Source of the DNA: Eledone cirrhosa | Taxonomy: Eukaryota | DNA: 64,000 nucleotides | Assembly: GCA_964016885.1 (NCBI GenBank) | Contig: OZ024756.1 | Coordinates: 5,890,001 to 5,954,000 of the forward strand | Reading direction: 5' to 3' | Shown here: positions 42,401-54,951 of the stretch, piece by piece | Numbering within the stretch: position 1 is the first letter of the stretch | Layout of the letters: every line of letters starts with the position of its first letter | The notes under the pieces: generated by a model | Told to the model about the DNA's origin: nothing | Database searches by the model: none | What the model saw: only the letters and a program-made list of their open reading frames with translations | Program-made: the position numbers and the translations under genes

Positions 42401-42700
42401 CCACCACTAACAATACTACTACAACCACCACCACCACCACCACCATAACAATACTACTACTACCACCACCACCACCACTAACAATACTACTACTAACACC
42501 ACCACCACCACCATGATCATCACTACCAGCCACACCACCATGAACACCATTCAGCACCACCAAACCACCTCCACTACCACTAGCACCACTACAACCACAA
42601 TCAACACCACCACTACCACCACAATCACTGCAATTAACACCCTCACCACCACCACCACCATCACAATCACCACCACCACCAACACCACCACAATCGTCAT
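33440..42700. repeat. ~9-kb compound minisatellite ACTAACAATACTACTACTAAC(ACC)n, unit 33-45 bp (mostly 39), with degenerate (ACC) flanks
   Basis: Direct reading; core 33965-42512; the ~3000-aa ORFs on both strands are artefacts. Confidence 0.97.
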
Positions 42701-42958
42701 AATATATATATTTCTATAATTAATATAACATATATATATAATTAATATATATATATATATATATATATACGCACTTACATATATATATATGCAAGTGCGT
42801 GTGTGTATATATATATATATAGTCAAGTGTGTGTATATATATATATAGTCAAGTGTGTGTATATATATATATAATGGAAAAATTTGAACAGGGACAAAAC
42901 AGAGAGGCAGTACAATAAATGTTTATTAATTTCACGCTCAGGATAGTGGGGGGGGGGG

Positions 42959-42986
42959 GACGTTTCGGGCACAAGCCCTTCCTCAG
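42959..42986 (-). ncRNA. Minimal hammerhead core, stem I lost
   Basis: Minus: CTGAGGA-a-GGGC ttgt GCCC-GAAA-CG-TC. Confidence 0.6.
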
Positions 42987-43154
42987 GTGAGAAGTGTGTG
43001 GGAACAGAGTTCAAAAGGTGTGTAGGGGAGTGGTGGAGAGACATATAGCGAAAGGAAACGGTGTGAATGAAAAAATAACAAATAAATATAAAAAATAAAA
43101 ATAAAGCATGATCAAAATACAAGGAATGAGATTGAATATAGATATATATATATA

Positions 43155-43405
43155 TAGGAACGAGTAGGACCCCTACGGCTGAGCTCAAGCCGTATCGACG
43201 GCTAATTCTGGACTAAATGAACATTTTTATCCTGGTTTAAGTATACCAGTCTAAACATTTTCATTTCGTCCAGAATTAGCCGTCGAAACGGCTTGAGGTC
43301 AGCCGTCGGGGTCCTACTCGTTCCTATTACCCACTCTACTACCCTAAGTATTGAGTACTTTGGTGCGTTATTGTCCACCTGGTTCCTTACCACATTTCCC
43401 TCGTT
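43155..43405 (+). mobile_element. Foldback half-hammerhead element (family also at 52915, 53205, 57951)
   Basis: Arms 43155-43221 / 43260-43326; GTC-GAAA-CGGCT tgaggtc AGCCG-TC-GGGGTCC; (TA)n on both sides. Confidence 0.85.
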
Positions 43406-43601
43406 ATATATATATATATATCCTACATATATATATATATATATATATATAGTCAAGTGTCTGTATATAGGTCTTGTGTATGTGTTTCTTGTATCTATGT
43501 TTGAATATACATGTGTGTGGCTATTTTTGTAGTCATCTGTCAGTGAACTTTTATACATATGTACATATGTATGTATGTATATATATAAATATATATATAC
43601 A

Positions 43602-43683
<82 letters not shown>

Positions 43684-44062
43684 GTAATTCCATCGGAAAA
43701 GTCCAGGAAAAAAGAGTGCTCTATGTAAGCAACAGAGCTTAATTATTATTATTATGTAATAAACAACATAAGGCAATTATTCCATTTACCAGTGGTTTCT
43801 TAAAAGCAAAAGGTTTTGCTTTCAATCCTCAGAATGAAAAATCCTGGTTTGTTTATTGAATATGGATTCTAAAAACGAAAATGCAATCTATATGAAAGTG
43901 AGGCTGGAAAAGGGAGAAGGAAAGGAAAAATAAAATAAAATAAAACTACACATGCAAACACACACAAAAAAACCCAAAAGCATACTTACACACACACACA
44001 TATATACACATATAATTTGCACGCATACACATATACACATACACATACATATACACATATAT

Positions 44063-44107
<45 letters not shown>

Positions 44108-44210
44108 CACATACATACACATATATATATATAAAGAGCGTACACCTACACACACATACACATATATATACACATATATATATACATACATATATTCATA
44201 CATACACACG

Positions 44211-44246
<36 letters not shown>

Positions 44247-44268
44247 TATATATACACATGTACATATC

Positions 44269-44308
<40 letters not shown>

Positions 44309-44331
44309 CATATACACACATATACACATAT

Positions 44332-44375
<44 letters not shown>

Positions 44376-44771
44376 GTGTCTACAAGCCTACACATACACA
44401 CACACATATATATACACACACATATACATACATTCACACAAACATACAACGTACATACATACACATACATGAATGCACTCCACTACATATTAACACACGC
44501 AAATAAATATAAGAAAAAAATATATAAATAATATTAACAAATATTTGACAGCGATACATGCCCCAGCTAACAGGACAGACACGCGTGGTAAGTAATACAC
44601 ACATAAGCGCATATACATACGTTCGAAATAGTAAACACATACACACACTCTCACACATAAATATACATATACAAATACATAAACACGTACATACACATAC
44701 ATACGCAAACACGTACACGTATACAATATAAACACACACATGTATATGTAATTATATACACACACACACAC

Positions 44772-44803
<32 letters not shown>

Positions 44804-45069
44804 ATAAAAAAATATAAAAATATAAACGCACACACACATATAAATACGTAAACACACATATACATACATAGCTAAACAATTATACACATGCAAATACGTA
44901 TATATCAAAAGAACACACACACATATATACACACACACACACCCACACACAAACCCACACATACATAAAAATAAATAAAAACACACGCAACATATACATA
45001 CATACACATACATATACATATATACATATATACATATACATATATATATATACACACATATATACACAA

Positions 45070-45103
<34 letters not shown>

Positions 45104-45343
45104 ACGTACACATACACACATGCATACACATACACACACACATATACATGTGTGTATGTGTAAAGCTCAGTATTAGATAAGACAAATGAACCTTACATAA
45201 ACGTATATATAGTAGTAAAGTAATAAAGCCATACAAGGCAATTAATCCATTCACCAGAGGTTTCTTAAAAGCAAAAAAAGTTTCCTTCAATCTTCAGAAT
45301 GAAATATACAAATATATACACACATACAGACACGCACACACAC

Positions 45344-45375
<32 letters not shown>

Positions 45376-45684
45376 GTACATATATATATATATATATATA
45401 TACAGACATATATACATACACACATATACACACACATACATACACATATATATACATACACAAACATATACGTACACGTATACATATATACACACAAAAA
45501 TACATACACATACACATAGGTATGTGAAGGGCAAAACAAAAAGAATATATGGGGTGGGGGGCCTAGAGGAGGTAAAAATATAAGGGGAGGTAAGGGAGAA
45601 AAAAATATTTTTTAAATACAAGAGTACAGAAGGTAGAAGCAGCAAAATAAAAGCCGTAGCAAAAGTAAAGAGCAGAGAAGGAGT

Positions 45685-46368
45685 TCAAGGCGGTTGATTT
45701 ATCGTAGGAGTGTCAATCCAGTTACAGATCAGATGCGATTTCAGATGAGGACAGCATCTGAAGATCTCAGTCTTAGAGTTAAGGCAAGCGGAAGTGTCTC
45801 TCAAGTTTAGCAAAATCCTATACTTTTCTGTGGTACACAAAGAACAATTCTTTGTGCCCCTTTGGTACTCCCTCGAATGGTCTAATATAGACCAATCAAT
45901 AGAGTACGGGATATTACTATCCTTGAGATCCCATACCTTACTTGCGAGGGCCGTTGATGTTCGTTTATCTGAGTGTTTAAAAGAAGCGACATGTGAGTAA
46001 AATCTGGTTTTAAACCTGTCCTGGGTCATACCGACATATCGCTCGCTTCTGGCTGGCTGGTTGTTGATAACTGGCGTTATTTTAGCCTCATAAACGACAG
46101 ATTTTGTTTTACATTTACCCTGCAATGGGCATTCATCCGGTTTCCTGCAACTGCATCCTGGATTTATCCTCGTACGGTTTGAACTGGTGATTTTGGATTT
46201 CATGGATGGACAACAAGAGTAGCTGATCTTAACTACATTCCTATTAAAAATCTTATAATATCTATGAATAGGAGGAAAATGTTTGTCTAATAGTTCAAGG
46301 AATTTCCTTCCTACATTAGTTTTGACATTTAGAGAGAAGGGGGGTGTGAACCAAATAATCTTCCTTTT
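45685..46368 (-). pseudogene. PLE linker + GIY-YIG endonuclease, open frame but 5'-truncated
   Basis: KRKIIWFTPPFS..VKTNVG..FNRNVVKISYSC, CSC..CPLQGKC, VVYEA..RYVGMT..RFKTRF..H, CSLCTTEK, LNSKTE..CPH; frame extends upstream of the listed ORF 45685-46203. Confidence 0.93.
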
Positions 46369-46988
46369 CCAAATAATCTTCTTTTAAACACTCAGATAAA
46401 CGAACATCAACGGCCCTCGCAAGTAAGGTATGGGATCTCAAGGATAGTAATATCCCGTACTCTATTGATTGGTCTATATTAGACCATTCGAGGGAGTACC
46501 AAAGGGGCACAAAGAATTGTTCTTTGTGTACCACAGAAAAGTATAGGATTTTGCTAAACTTGAGAGACACTTCCGCTTGCCTTAACTCTAAGACTGAGAT
46601 CTTCAGATGCTGTCCTCATCTGAAATCGCATCTGATCTGTAACTGGATTGACACTCCTACGATAAATCAACCGCCTTGAACTCCTTCTCTGCTCTTTACT
46701 TTTGCTACGGCTTTTATTTTGCTGCTTCTACCTTCTGTACTCTTGTATTTAAAAAATATTTTTTTCTCCCTTACCTCCCCTTATATTTTTACCTCCTCTA
46801 GGCCCCCCACCCCATATATTCTTTTTGTTTTGCCCTTCACATACCTATGTGTATGTGTATGTATTTTTGTGTGTATATATGTATACGTGTACGTATATGT
46901 TTGTGTATGTATATATATGTGTATGTATGTGTGTGTATATGTGTGTATGTATATATGTCTGTATATATATATATATATATATATGTAC

Positions 46989-47020
<32 letters not shown>

Positions 47021-47060
47021 GTGTGTGTGCGTGTCTGTATGTGTGTATATATTTGTATAT

Positions 47061-47118
47061 TTCATTCTGAAGATTGAAGGAAACTTTTTTTGCTTTTAAG
47101 AAACCTCTGGTGAATGGA
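47061..47118 (+). ncRNA. Second, diverged hammerhead (mirror copy 45246-45303, minus), GUG site
   Basis: TTCATT-CTGAAGA-TTGAAGG...CTTTTAA-GAAA-CCTCTGG-TG-AATGGA. Confidence 0.7.
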
Positions 47119-47260
47119 TTAATTGCCTTGTATGGCTTTATTACTTTACTACTATATATACGTTTATGTAAGGTTCATTTGTCTTATCTAATACTGAGCT
47201 TTACACATACACACATGTATATGTGTGTGTGTATGTGTATGCATGTGTGTATGTGTACGT

Positions 47261-47294
<34 letters not shown>

Positions 47295-47560
47295 TTGTGT
47301 ATATATGTGTGTATATATATATATGTATATGTATATATGTATATATGTATATGTATGTGTATGTATGTATATGTTGCGTGTGTTTTTATTTATTTTTATG
47401 TATGTGTGGGTTTGTGTGTGGGTGTGTGTGTGTGTATATATGTGTGTGTGTTCTTTTGATATATACGTATTTGCATGTGTATAATTGTTTAGCTATGTAT
47501 GTATATGTGTGTTTACGTATTTATATGTGTGTGTGCGTTTATATTTTTATATTTTTGTAT

Positions 47561-47592
<32 letters not shown>

Positions 47593-47988
47593 GTGTGTGT
47601 GTGTGTATATAATTACATATACATGTGTGTGTTTATATTGTATACGTGTACGTGTTTGCGTATGTATGTGTATGTACGTGTTTATGTATTTGTATATGTA
47701 TATTTATGTGTGAGAGTGTGTGTATGTGTTTACTATTTCGAACGTATGTATATGCGCTTATGTGTGTATTACTTACCACGCGTGTCTGTCCTGTTAGCTG
47801 GGGCATGTATCGCTGTCAAATATTTGTTAATATTATTTATATATTTTTTTCTTATATTTATTTGCGTGTGTTAATATGTAGTGGAGTGCATTCATGTATG
47901 TGTATGTATGTACGTTGTATGTTTGTGTGAATGTATGTATATGTGTGTGTATATATATGTGTGTGTGTATGTGTAGGCTTGTAGACAC

Positions 47989-48034
<46 letters not shown>

Positions 48035-48057
48035 ATATGTGTATATGTGTGTATATG

Positions 48058-48097
<40 letters not shown>

Positions 48098-48119
48098 GAT
48101 ATGTACATGTGTATATATA

Positions 48120-48155
<36 letters not shown>

Positions 48156-48258
48156 CGTGTGTATGTATGAATATATGTATGTATATATATATGTGTATAT
48201 ATATGTGTATGTGTGTGTAGGTGTACGCTCTTTATATATATATATGTGTATGTATGTG

Positions 48259-48303
<45 letters not shown>

Positions 48304-48526
48304 ATATATGTGTATATGTATGTGTATGTGTATATGTGTATGCGTGCAAATTATATGTGTATATATGTGTGTGTGTGTAAGTATGCTTTTGGGTTTTTTT
48401 GTGTGTGTTTGCATGTGTAGTTTTATTTTATTTTATTTTTCCTTTCCTTCTCCCTTTTCCAGCCTCACTTTCATATAGATTGCATTTTCGTTTTTAGAAT
48501 CCATATTCAATAAACAAACCAGGATT

Positions 48527-48586
48527 TTTCATTCTGAGGATTGAAAGCAAAACCTTTTGCTTTTAAGAAACCACTGGTAAATGGAA
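48527..48586 (+). ncRNA. Hammerhead at PLE 3' end (mirror copy 43780-43839, minus)
   Basis: TTCATT-CTGAGGA-TTGAAAGCAAAA cc TTTTGCTTTTAA-GAAA-CCACTGG-TA-AATGGA. Confidence 0.85.
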
Positions 48587-48615
48587 TAATTGCCTTATGT
48601 TGTTTATTACATAAT

Positions 48616-48669
<54 letters not shown>

Positions 48670-49519
48670 ATGCATTATATATTCATGTATTCATGTATGT
48701 ATGTGTGTGTGTATCTATGTTTTCATGTATGCGTATTTGCATGTATGTATATATCTTGGCATGCATATACGAATGTATATATATATATATATACGTGTGT
48801 GTGAGTCTGTGTGTGTGAGTATGTGTGTGTCTGTGTGTACTTATAGATATATAGATATTGCCAGATAGATTCATATAGGTTGATCTATTATTGAAAGAGT
48901 AATTGAACTATTCTAGCGTCGATTGATAAATATAACCCGTTCAAGTATTGTCACAATGTTATGGCTTTTAATAACATCCCATAATTTTAGATCAGATATA
49001 TACATTGTTGGTGATATCGATCCATGTCCAGCCAATGGCTAAGTAGATGTAGTTATGGTCGAATACGACGGATAACGTTAGTTTTGGCAATTAACACGAT
49101 TCCAAGCTTAGAAACCTTTCAAAGCTTGTTTCAATAAAACAATTACAATTTTCAAAGTTCTTCATGTCCTCCGATACACTCTCCTGACAATACAAACAGT
49201 GACAATAGTTCTTCGACAACATATGGGTGGTAACGTAGACTAATTGTTAACATATTGCTGTTTCAAACGATTTGCTGCATCCTTCATTCGATATCAGATG
49301 ACTTTCACCCGATTTTATGCGATTCTGAACCGTATCCCATACGATTTTCACATATTAATTTCTTTGAACTTTTCATACAGATTTGGTTTTGGCAAACATA
49401 ACTATAGAGTTATTTATATAATGGCATGAAGGCCCAATGTTGTATTAACTCTTCTCTTTTGTTCTAACTACATCTCTCTGTTTGCTCTTTTTTTTCTCTC
49501 TCCCTCTATATTTTTCTCC

Positions 49520-49582
<63 letters not shown>

Positions 49583-49665
49583 GGAGGTGAGTTTTATTGT
49601 AGTACAATAAAGCAATGCAGATATCGGATAAGAAGCACTCTACAGTTTGTGGGACTGGAGTATGC

Positions 49666-49998
49666 ATAATATAAGATCAAAAGATGGTTAAAGGAGTTCC
49701 ATATATTTTATTATGCGCATTTCAAAAACAAACATCATCAAGCAATAATATTTGTGTTATCATCAGATAAAACAGGAGAACATGATATGAAGGCTAAAAA
49801 AACACTTGTTGATAGTGCAGTTTTAAATCAACATATCATGTTGATTTAAAACTGCACTATCAACAAGTGTTTTTTTAGCCTTCATATCATGTTCTCCTGT
49901 TTTATCTGATGATAACACAAATATTATTGCTTGATGATGTTTGTTTTTGAAATGCGCATAATAAAATATATGGAACTTCTTTAACCATCTTTTGATCT

Positions 49999-50006
<8 letters not shown>
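49666..50006. repeat. Near-perfect palindrome (169-bp arms, 3-nt spacer) with outward-facing HHRs at 49706-49772 (-) and 49900-49966 (+)
   Basis: TTTTAT-CTGATGA-...ACAAATATTATT gctt GATGATGTTTGT...-GAAA-TGCGCA-TA-ATAAAA. Confidence 0.92.
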
Positions 50007-50051
<45 letters not shown>

Positions 50052-50193
50052 TGTTTGAGGTTCACCACTGGATAGAGCTGGTCAATTCCGTATGGTCAAT
50101 CGCAATGTAATAATATAGAGAGTACTCAACGTAAAGCAGTTCAACCGTCTTTGTTTTCGTAGTTGGTGGTGCTATTACCGAGTTAAATATTAT

Positions 50194-50609
50194 AATGAAA
50201 TGACAGGAGGCTGGATTTGTGTAAATCCTTGAAAGGCTTATTATACTATGATCATTTCAATGACCGGGTTCCGTATGAATCCGGTGATATCATCAGGTAT
50301 TCGCAATATAATACGTGAATGTAATAGATAAAATCCATGGGGTTGAAAATCAAGGACCCGAGGGCGACCGCCATCCAGCACCTTCTACCTTTGCCGGTCG
50401 CCCTCGAGTGACGTGGCTAAAGCTTACAGTGTGCTACTACCAGTAGTCCTTGATTTTCAGCCCCATGGATTTTATCTATTACATTCACGTATTATATTTC
50501 GAATACCTGATGATATCACCGGATTCATACGGAACCCGGTCATTGAAATGATCATAGTATAATAAACCTTTCAAGGATTTACACAAATCCAGCCTCCTGT
50601 CATTTCATT
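50194..50609. repeat. Palindrome (164-bp arms) with HHRs at 50243-50300 (-) and 50503-50560 (+)
   Basis: ATAC-CTGATGA-tATcACCGG...CCGGTcATt-GAAA-TGATCA-TA-GTAT; arms 50194-50357 / 50446-50609. Confidence 0.92.
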
Positions 50610-50610
50610 G

Positions 50611-50664
<54 letters not shown>

Positions 50665-50666
<2 letters not shown>

Positions 50667-50982
50667 CAATATATTAATAAATGGAAACTATATTTATAAA
50701 ACCATATTTATTTTATTATATATATTTCAAGGGCGACCAAGCCAATCTTGGTGCGCTTTCATCAAATAAAATACAACATTTGTTTTATAAATAACGACAT
50801 ACCCATGGAAATCAACCTTAACGGTCGGAAATTCGCTTCCATGGGTATGTCGTTATTTATAAAACAAATGTTGTATTTTATCTGATGAAAGCGCACCAAG
50901 ATTGGGTTGGTCGTCCTTGAAATATATATAATAAAATAAATATGCTTTTATAAATATAGTTTCCATTTATTAATATCTTGGA
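50665..50982. repeat. Palindrome (146-bp arms) with HHR at 50874-50938 (+); mirror copy has a C3U change
   Basis: TATTTTAT-CTGATGA-AAG..ACCAA..TTGGT..CTT-GAAA-TATATA-TA-ATAAAATA; arms 50665-50810 / 50837-50982. Confidence 0.92.
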
Positions 50983-51461
50983 TTACTTACTCCAGTAACC
51001 TATTGAGTGCTCTATATCAGTTATAAACATTTATGTTTGTCGGAATTCCAACAAATTAAATACAACTCATATATATATATTTTATATATATATATATATA
51101 TATGATTTTTGACAGCGGTAAGAAATTGTTTTCTTATATCAATGTTTAATGGGCTTCCACTGATGATTTATAAGTGCTCACCTAAATATATTCTTACATG
51201 AATATATATTAGGCTTCTACATAAACTGGAAACATTCTCCCAAACTTGTAGACAACTTATAATGAAACAATTGTTTGGAAAGAGAGATATACTTTAACTT
51301 TAATTATATCTCATAAAATAATACAACTGGTTTTTCCACATTATACATATTGTTAGCACCCCAAACACTTAAATTGGGTTTATATTTCAATATAACCTAA
51401 TGTTTGTTGAGTGAGATGGTTACCAGTCAGAGTTTAGCTTTAAACTATCTCTGTTATTGTA

Positions 51462-51522
<61 letters not shown>

Positions 51523-51550
51523 GTTGATTCAGGTTTATTCAAAACTCTGT

Positions 51551-51600
51551 TATACATATTTCGCTGAGGACTATCAGGTATGGTAGTCTGAGCTCTTCAG
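51551..51600 (-). ncRNA. Hammerhead core, stem I unpaired
   Basis: Minus: CTGAAGA-GCT..GACTACCA tacc TGATAGTC..AGC-GAAA-TATGTA-TA. Confidence 0.55.
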
Positions 51601-52123
51601 GTGGTAAAATCCTATAAAACATCGAAAGTTCCGACAACAAACTATAAATTTGGAAGAATCCAATAATTTCTCTGAAAACGATTTTGTTTCTTGATACAGG
51701 GGGCCGGCCGAACACGTGGTATGGTTTCTTCGACCGCTGCTCTGTATGACCCCAAGAACCGTGGCGGAAGTGATGGTCAGCCTAGGTCCCACGTCACATC
51801 GCTGGATATTTAGTTCAGTAAGTAACGAAATCATCCAGTAGCGCCTTTCCTCTTGTCTCTATAAATTAGTAGATGTCATAATATGAGTGACAGCCATCTC
51901 CTCCCGACCCCACATTGTCCCCAGGTAATAACTGTGAATATTGTAACCGATACCAACAATTAACTCTAGCGATAATGAGGGACAGAGACCGCTGGAGAGA
52001 GCTCGTACATGGATATCGGCAATTTTACCCGCCCTATATATATATGTAAAAGGTAAAGAGAAATAACAACACAGTATATGGAAGGGATATATTAGGTTAA
52101 CGATTGATATAGTAGGAAGTGGG

Positions 52124-52159
52124 TCTTAACGTTTCGGCCGCTAGTCCTTCATCAGAAGA
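52124..52159 (-). ncRNA. Minimal type I hammerhead
   Basis: Minus: TCTT-CTGATGA-a-GGAC tagc GGCC-GAAA-CG-TT-AAGA; palindrome AACGTT. Confidence 0.75.
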
Positions 52160-52679
52160 AAGGATGAGCAATAAGATAGATTGAGGGGATGGGTGGGTTG
52201 TAATTGGAAAAAATGTCTTTAGATAAAAATAACAGGTCCAATCATGTTGGCATCTCTTGCAAAACTGTCGGTGCTGGCGTTTTCTGTATCATTTATATAT
52301 ATAGATATATTATGATACATTGGAACGGTCATGCTGCCAATAAAAGACACACGCACATCTTCAGTTTCACTTCAATTCATTATTATAATTTCCCTGTCGG
52401 TTTCCCCAAAAACTGACAGGGAAATTTCTCCAAAAACGATGGTTATATATATTGGAGGAAAAAATTATAAGCAAATAAATGATTTAAACTGAACTTTGAT
52501 TCATGTAATTTCTATATAACTGCTCTGTAAAACAACTGATGTTATTACATTGAGCTATTTATCTTACTGGTAATAAGATAGTAATGAATTACTGTCTTTC
52601 ACTATTTTGAGTTTAGATATATATAACCAGAAAAGGTTTTATTATATACATAACCATAAATAGTACCCTTAATACTATA

Positions 52680-52762
<83 letters not shown>

Positions 52763-52914
52763 GTGGTAAGGTTGCAGTAAATGCGTCCGAAGGCGGTATG
52801 CCGTTTGCGCACTCGATGCTCACGTGGTGCAGAGTATATATATGATAGATAGCGTGGAATCAGTGATGCATCGAAACACAATTTATCAACATATTACGTA
52901 TATATATATACATA

Positions 52915-53110
52915 AATTCAGGACCCCACGGGTGAGCTCCTGCCGTTTCAACAGCTAGATCCGAACCTTAGTTTGGATCTAGCTGTTGAAACGGCCGGAT
53001 CTCAACCATAGGGGTCCTGAATTGGTTCATATTACCCACTCTACTAAACCAAGTATCGAGTAATCTGGTGAATAATGGTCTAATTGATTTTTACCGCCTC
53101 CATTCTGATA
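52915..53110 (+). mobile_element. Foldback half-hammerhead element (diverged subfamily)
   Basis: Arms 52915-53023 centred at ~52968; ...GCTGTT-GAAA-CGGCC...TA-GGGGTCC. Confidence 0.8.
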
Positions 53111-53113
53111 TTG

Positions 53114-53204
<91 letters not shown>

Positions 53205-53206
<2 letters not shown>

Positions 53207-53382
53207 GAACGAGTAGGACCCCGACGGCTGAGCTCAGGCCGTTTCGACGGCTAATTAGCCGTCGCAACGGCTTGAGCTCAGCCGTCGGAGTCCTATTCGT
53301 TCCTATTACCCACTCTACTACCTTAAGTATTGAGTACTTTGGTCCGTTATGGTCCACCTGGTTCCTTAGCACATTTCCTTCG

Positions 53383-53384
<2 letters not shown>
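53205..53384 (+). mobile_element. Foldback half-hammerhead element
   Basis: Palindrome 53205-53304 centred on GGCTAATTAGCC with no spacer; (TA)n on both sides. Confidence 0.87.
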
Positions 53385-53429
<45 letters not shown>

Positions 53430-53432
<3 letters not shown>

Positions 53433-53612
53433 ATACTTGTTTCTACTTTTGGCACAAGGCCACCAATTTTCCAGTACATTACTGGTACTTTATTTTTATC
53501 GACGCCGTAAGGATGAACGGCAAAGTGAACCTCGGCGGGATTTGAACTCAGACCGTAAAGGGACGTAACTATGCTGGAAATCATGGCGTCTGACTCTCCA
53601 CGGATACTCCCA
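53430..53612 (-). mobile_element. tRNA-derived SINE
   Basis: Family core on the minus strand. Confidence 0.85.
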
Positions 53613-53637
53613 ATCCACAGCCACATATATATATATA

Positions 53638-53798
53638 GTAATAAGAATAAGTGTGAAGACTAAAATCCAAAGAGGGCTCGATAAGGATAAAAATATATCA
53701 AATATATAAAAACCCTAGAGCAAATATTTATTAAAATAACAATTTAAAGTTTAAGCAAAGAATCGCTTTGCTTAAACTTTAATCTGTTATTTTAATAA

Positions 53799-53801
<3 letters not shown>
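53638..53801 (-). mobile_element. Foldback copy of the 9165-9348 family
   Basis: Arms 53725-53760 / 53766-53801 centred on AAGCAAAG aatcg CTTTGCTT. Confidence 0.75.
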
Positions 53802-53836
<35 letters not shown>

Positions 53837-53967
53837 CCTGTAGTTGCGACCGACAAATAGTATTAACAATTAACAAGACCAATGTAAATATTGTTTCCTC
53901 GGTCCTATTGGACGAGCTCCACGCCACTCGTTAAGCGAATGAAGTGTGGGAGTTTGTCTATCGAATG

Positions 53968-54069
<102 letters not shown>

Positions 54070-54089
54070 TATTATTATTAGTGTTATTG

Positions 54090-54612
54090 TTCTTTGAGTC
54101 TCAGTCATTGATATTAGTTAACTGGAAAGTTTGTTGAAATGAATATCAAGCCACTACCTGCAGCCTCATATATTCAGGACGTATCGCAGGGTTCTTGCTA
54201 TTCCCAGCAAGCATGCCTTTTGAAGTGTTCCAAAAAGCGTGGCTTGGCCAATTTTCTTTAACCATCCCTGGAAACTTTTTGAGATAGTACCTAGTGCGCC
54301 TATGACAATCGGGACCACTTTGACTTCATGGTAGTTCCAAATCCTTTTTACCTCCCACTTTAAGTCCTGGTATCGGTTAATATTCTCCCTCTCCTTCTCT
54401 TGCAATCTCGTGTCGAATGGGCAGGCCACATCCACAATCAGGCCTATTGTATTCCAGTTTCTTGTCCGTCTGTATCCTAAAATCCCACAGTACCTTCAGC
54501 TGATCGTTTTCTATCACGACTCTGGCTTATGCTCATACCACTTCTCAGAATGTGGTAAATTGTTTACTTTGCATAGATGCCAATGGATCACCCTGCCCAT
54601 CACTTCCAGTTA
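54090..54612 (-). pseudogene. R4/Dong-like LINE 3' end (REL endonuclease)
   Basis: DVACPFD..EKE..YQDLKWEVKRIW..VVPIVIGALG..LQKACLLG; a second diverged copy at ~54952-55310. Confidence 0.85.
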
Positions 54613-54719
54613 AATAGCATCAATGACTCTGATTCAAATAATAATAATAATTGTTTCTACTTTATTATTATTATCATTATTGTCCCCTACATATCGGCCC
54701 CTGTGGCTAATAAATGAAA

Positions 54720-54752
<33 letters not shown>

Positions 54753-54753
<1 letters not shown>

Positions 54754-54951
54754 GGGCGGTGGAGTAGCAGTATCGGTAGAGGGTCGGACGCCATGCTTTC
54801 CAGCATAGTTACGTCCCTTTACGAGCTGAGTTAAAATCCCGCCGAGGTTGACTTTGCCTTTCATCCTTACGGGGTCGATAAAATAAAGTACCAGTAATGC
54901 ATTGGGTAATTGCTGGCCTTGTGCCTAAAGTAGAAACAATTATTATTATTA
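54753..54951 (+). mobile_element. Full-length tRNA-derived SINE with (ATT)n tail
   Basis: GGGCGGTGGAGTAGCAGTATCGG...GAGTTAAAATCCCG...GCCTTTCATCCTTACGGGGTCGATAAAATAAAGTACCAG. Confidence 0.9.

Larger units (their letters stand above)
43681..48621 (-). mobile_element. Young Neptune-like PLE, 5'-truncated, with 2.24-kb near-perfect inverted arms
   Basis: Arms 43745-45986 / 46378-48621 (ORF track is mirrored); 391-bp spacer; (TA)n on both sides. Confidence 0.95.

Noticed and set aside
33402-42563. 3053-aa and 2987-aa ORFs
   Set aside because: Both strands are open only because of the triplet repeat; no domains, and composition flips at a 1-bp indel
48940-49430. Unique-looking stretch with HCLYCQESV on the minus strand (transposase BED finger or host exon?)
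   Set aside because: Stops nearby and no further motif support; needs BLASTX
51600-51960. GC-richer segment, possible exon
   Set aside because: No recognisable protein motif or convincing splice pair
54753-54850. tRNA-like A/B boxes
   Set aside because: SINE heads, not foldable tRNA genes
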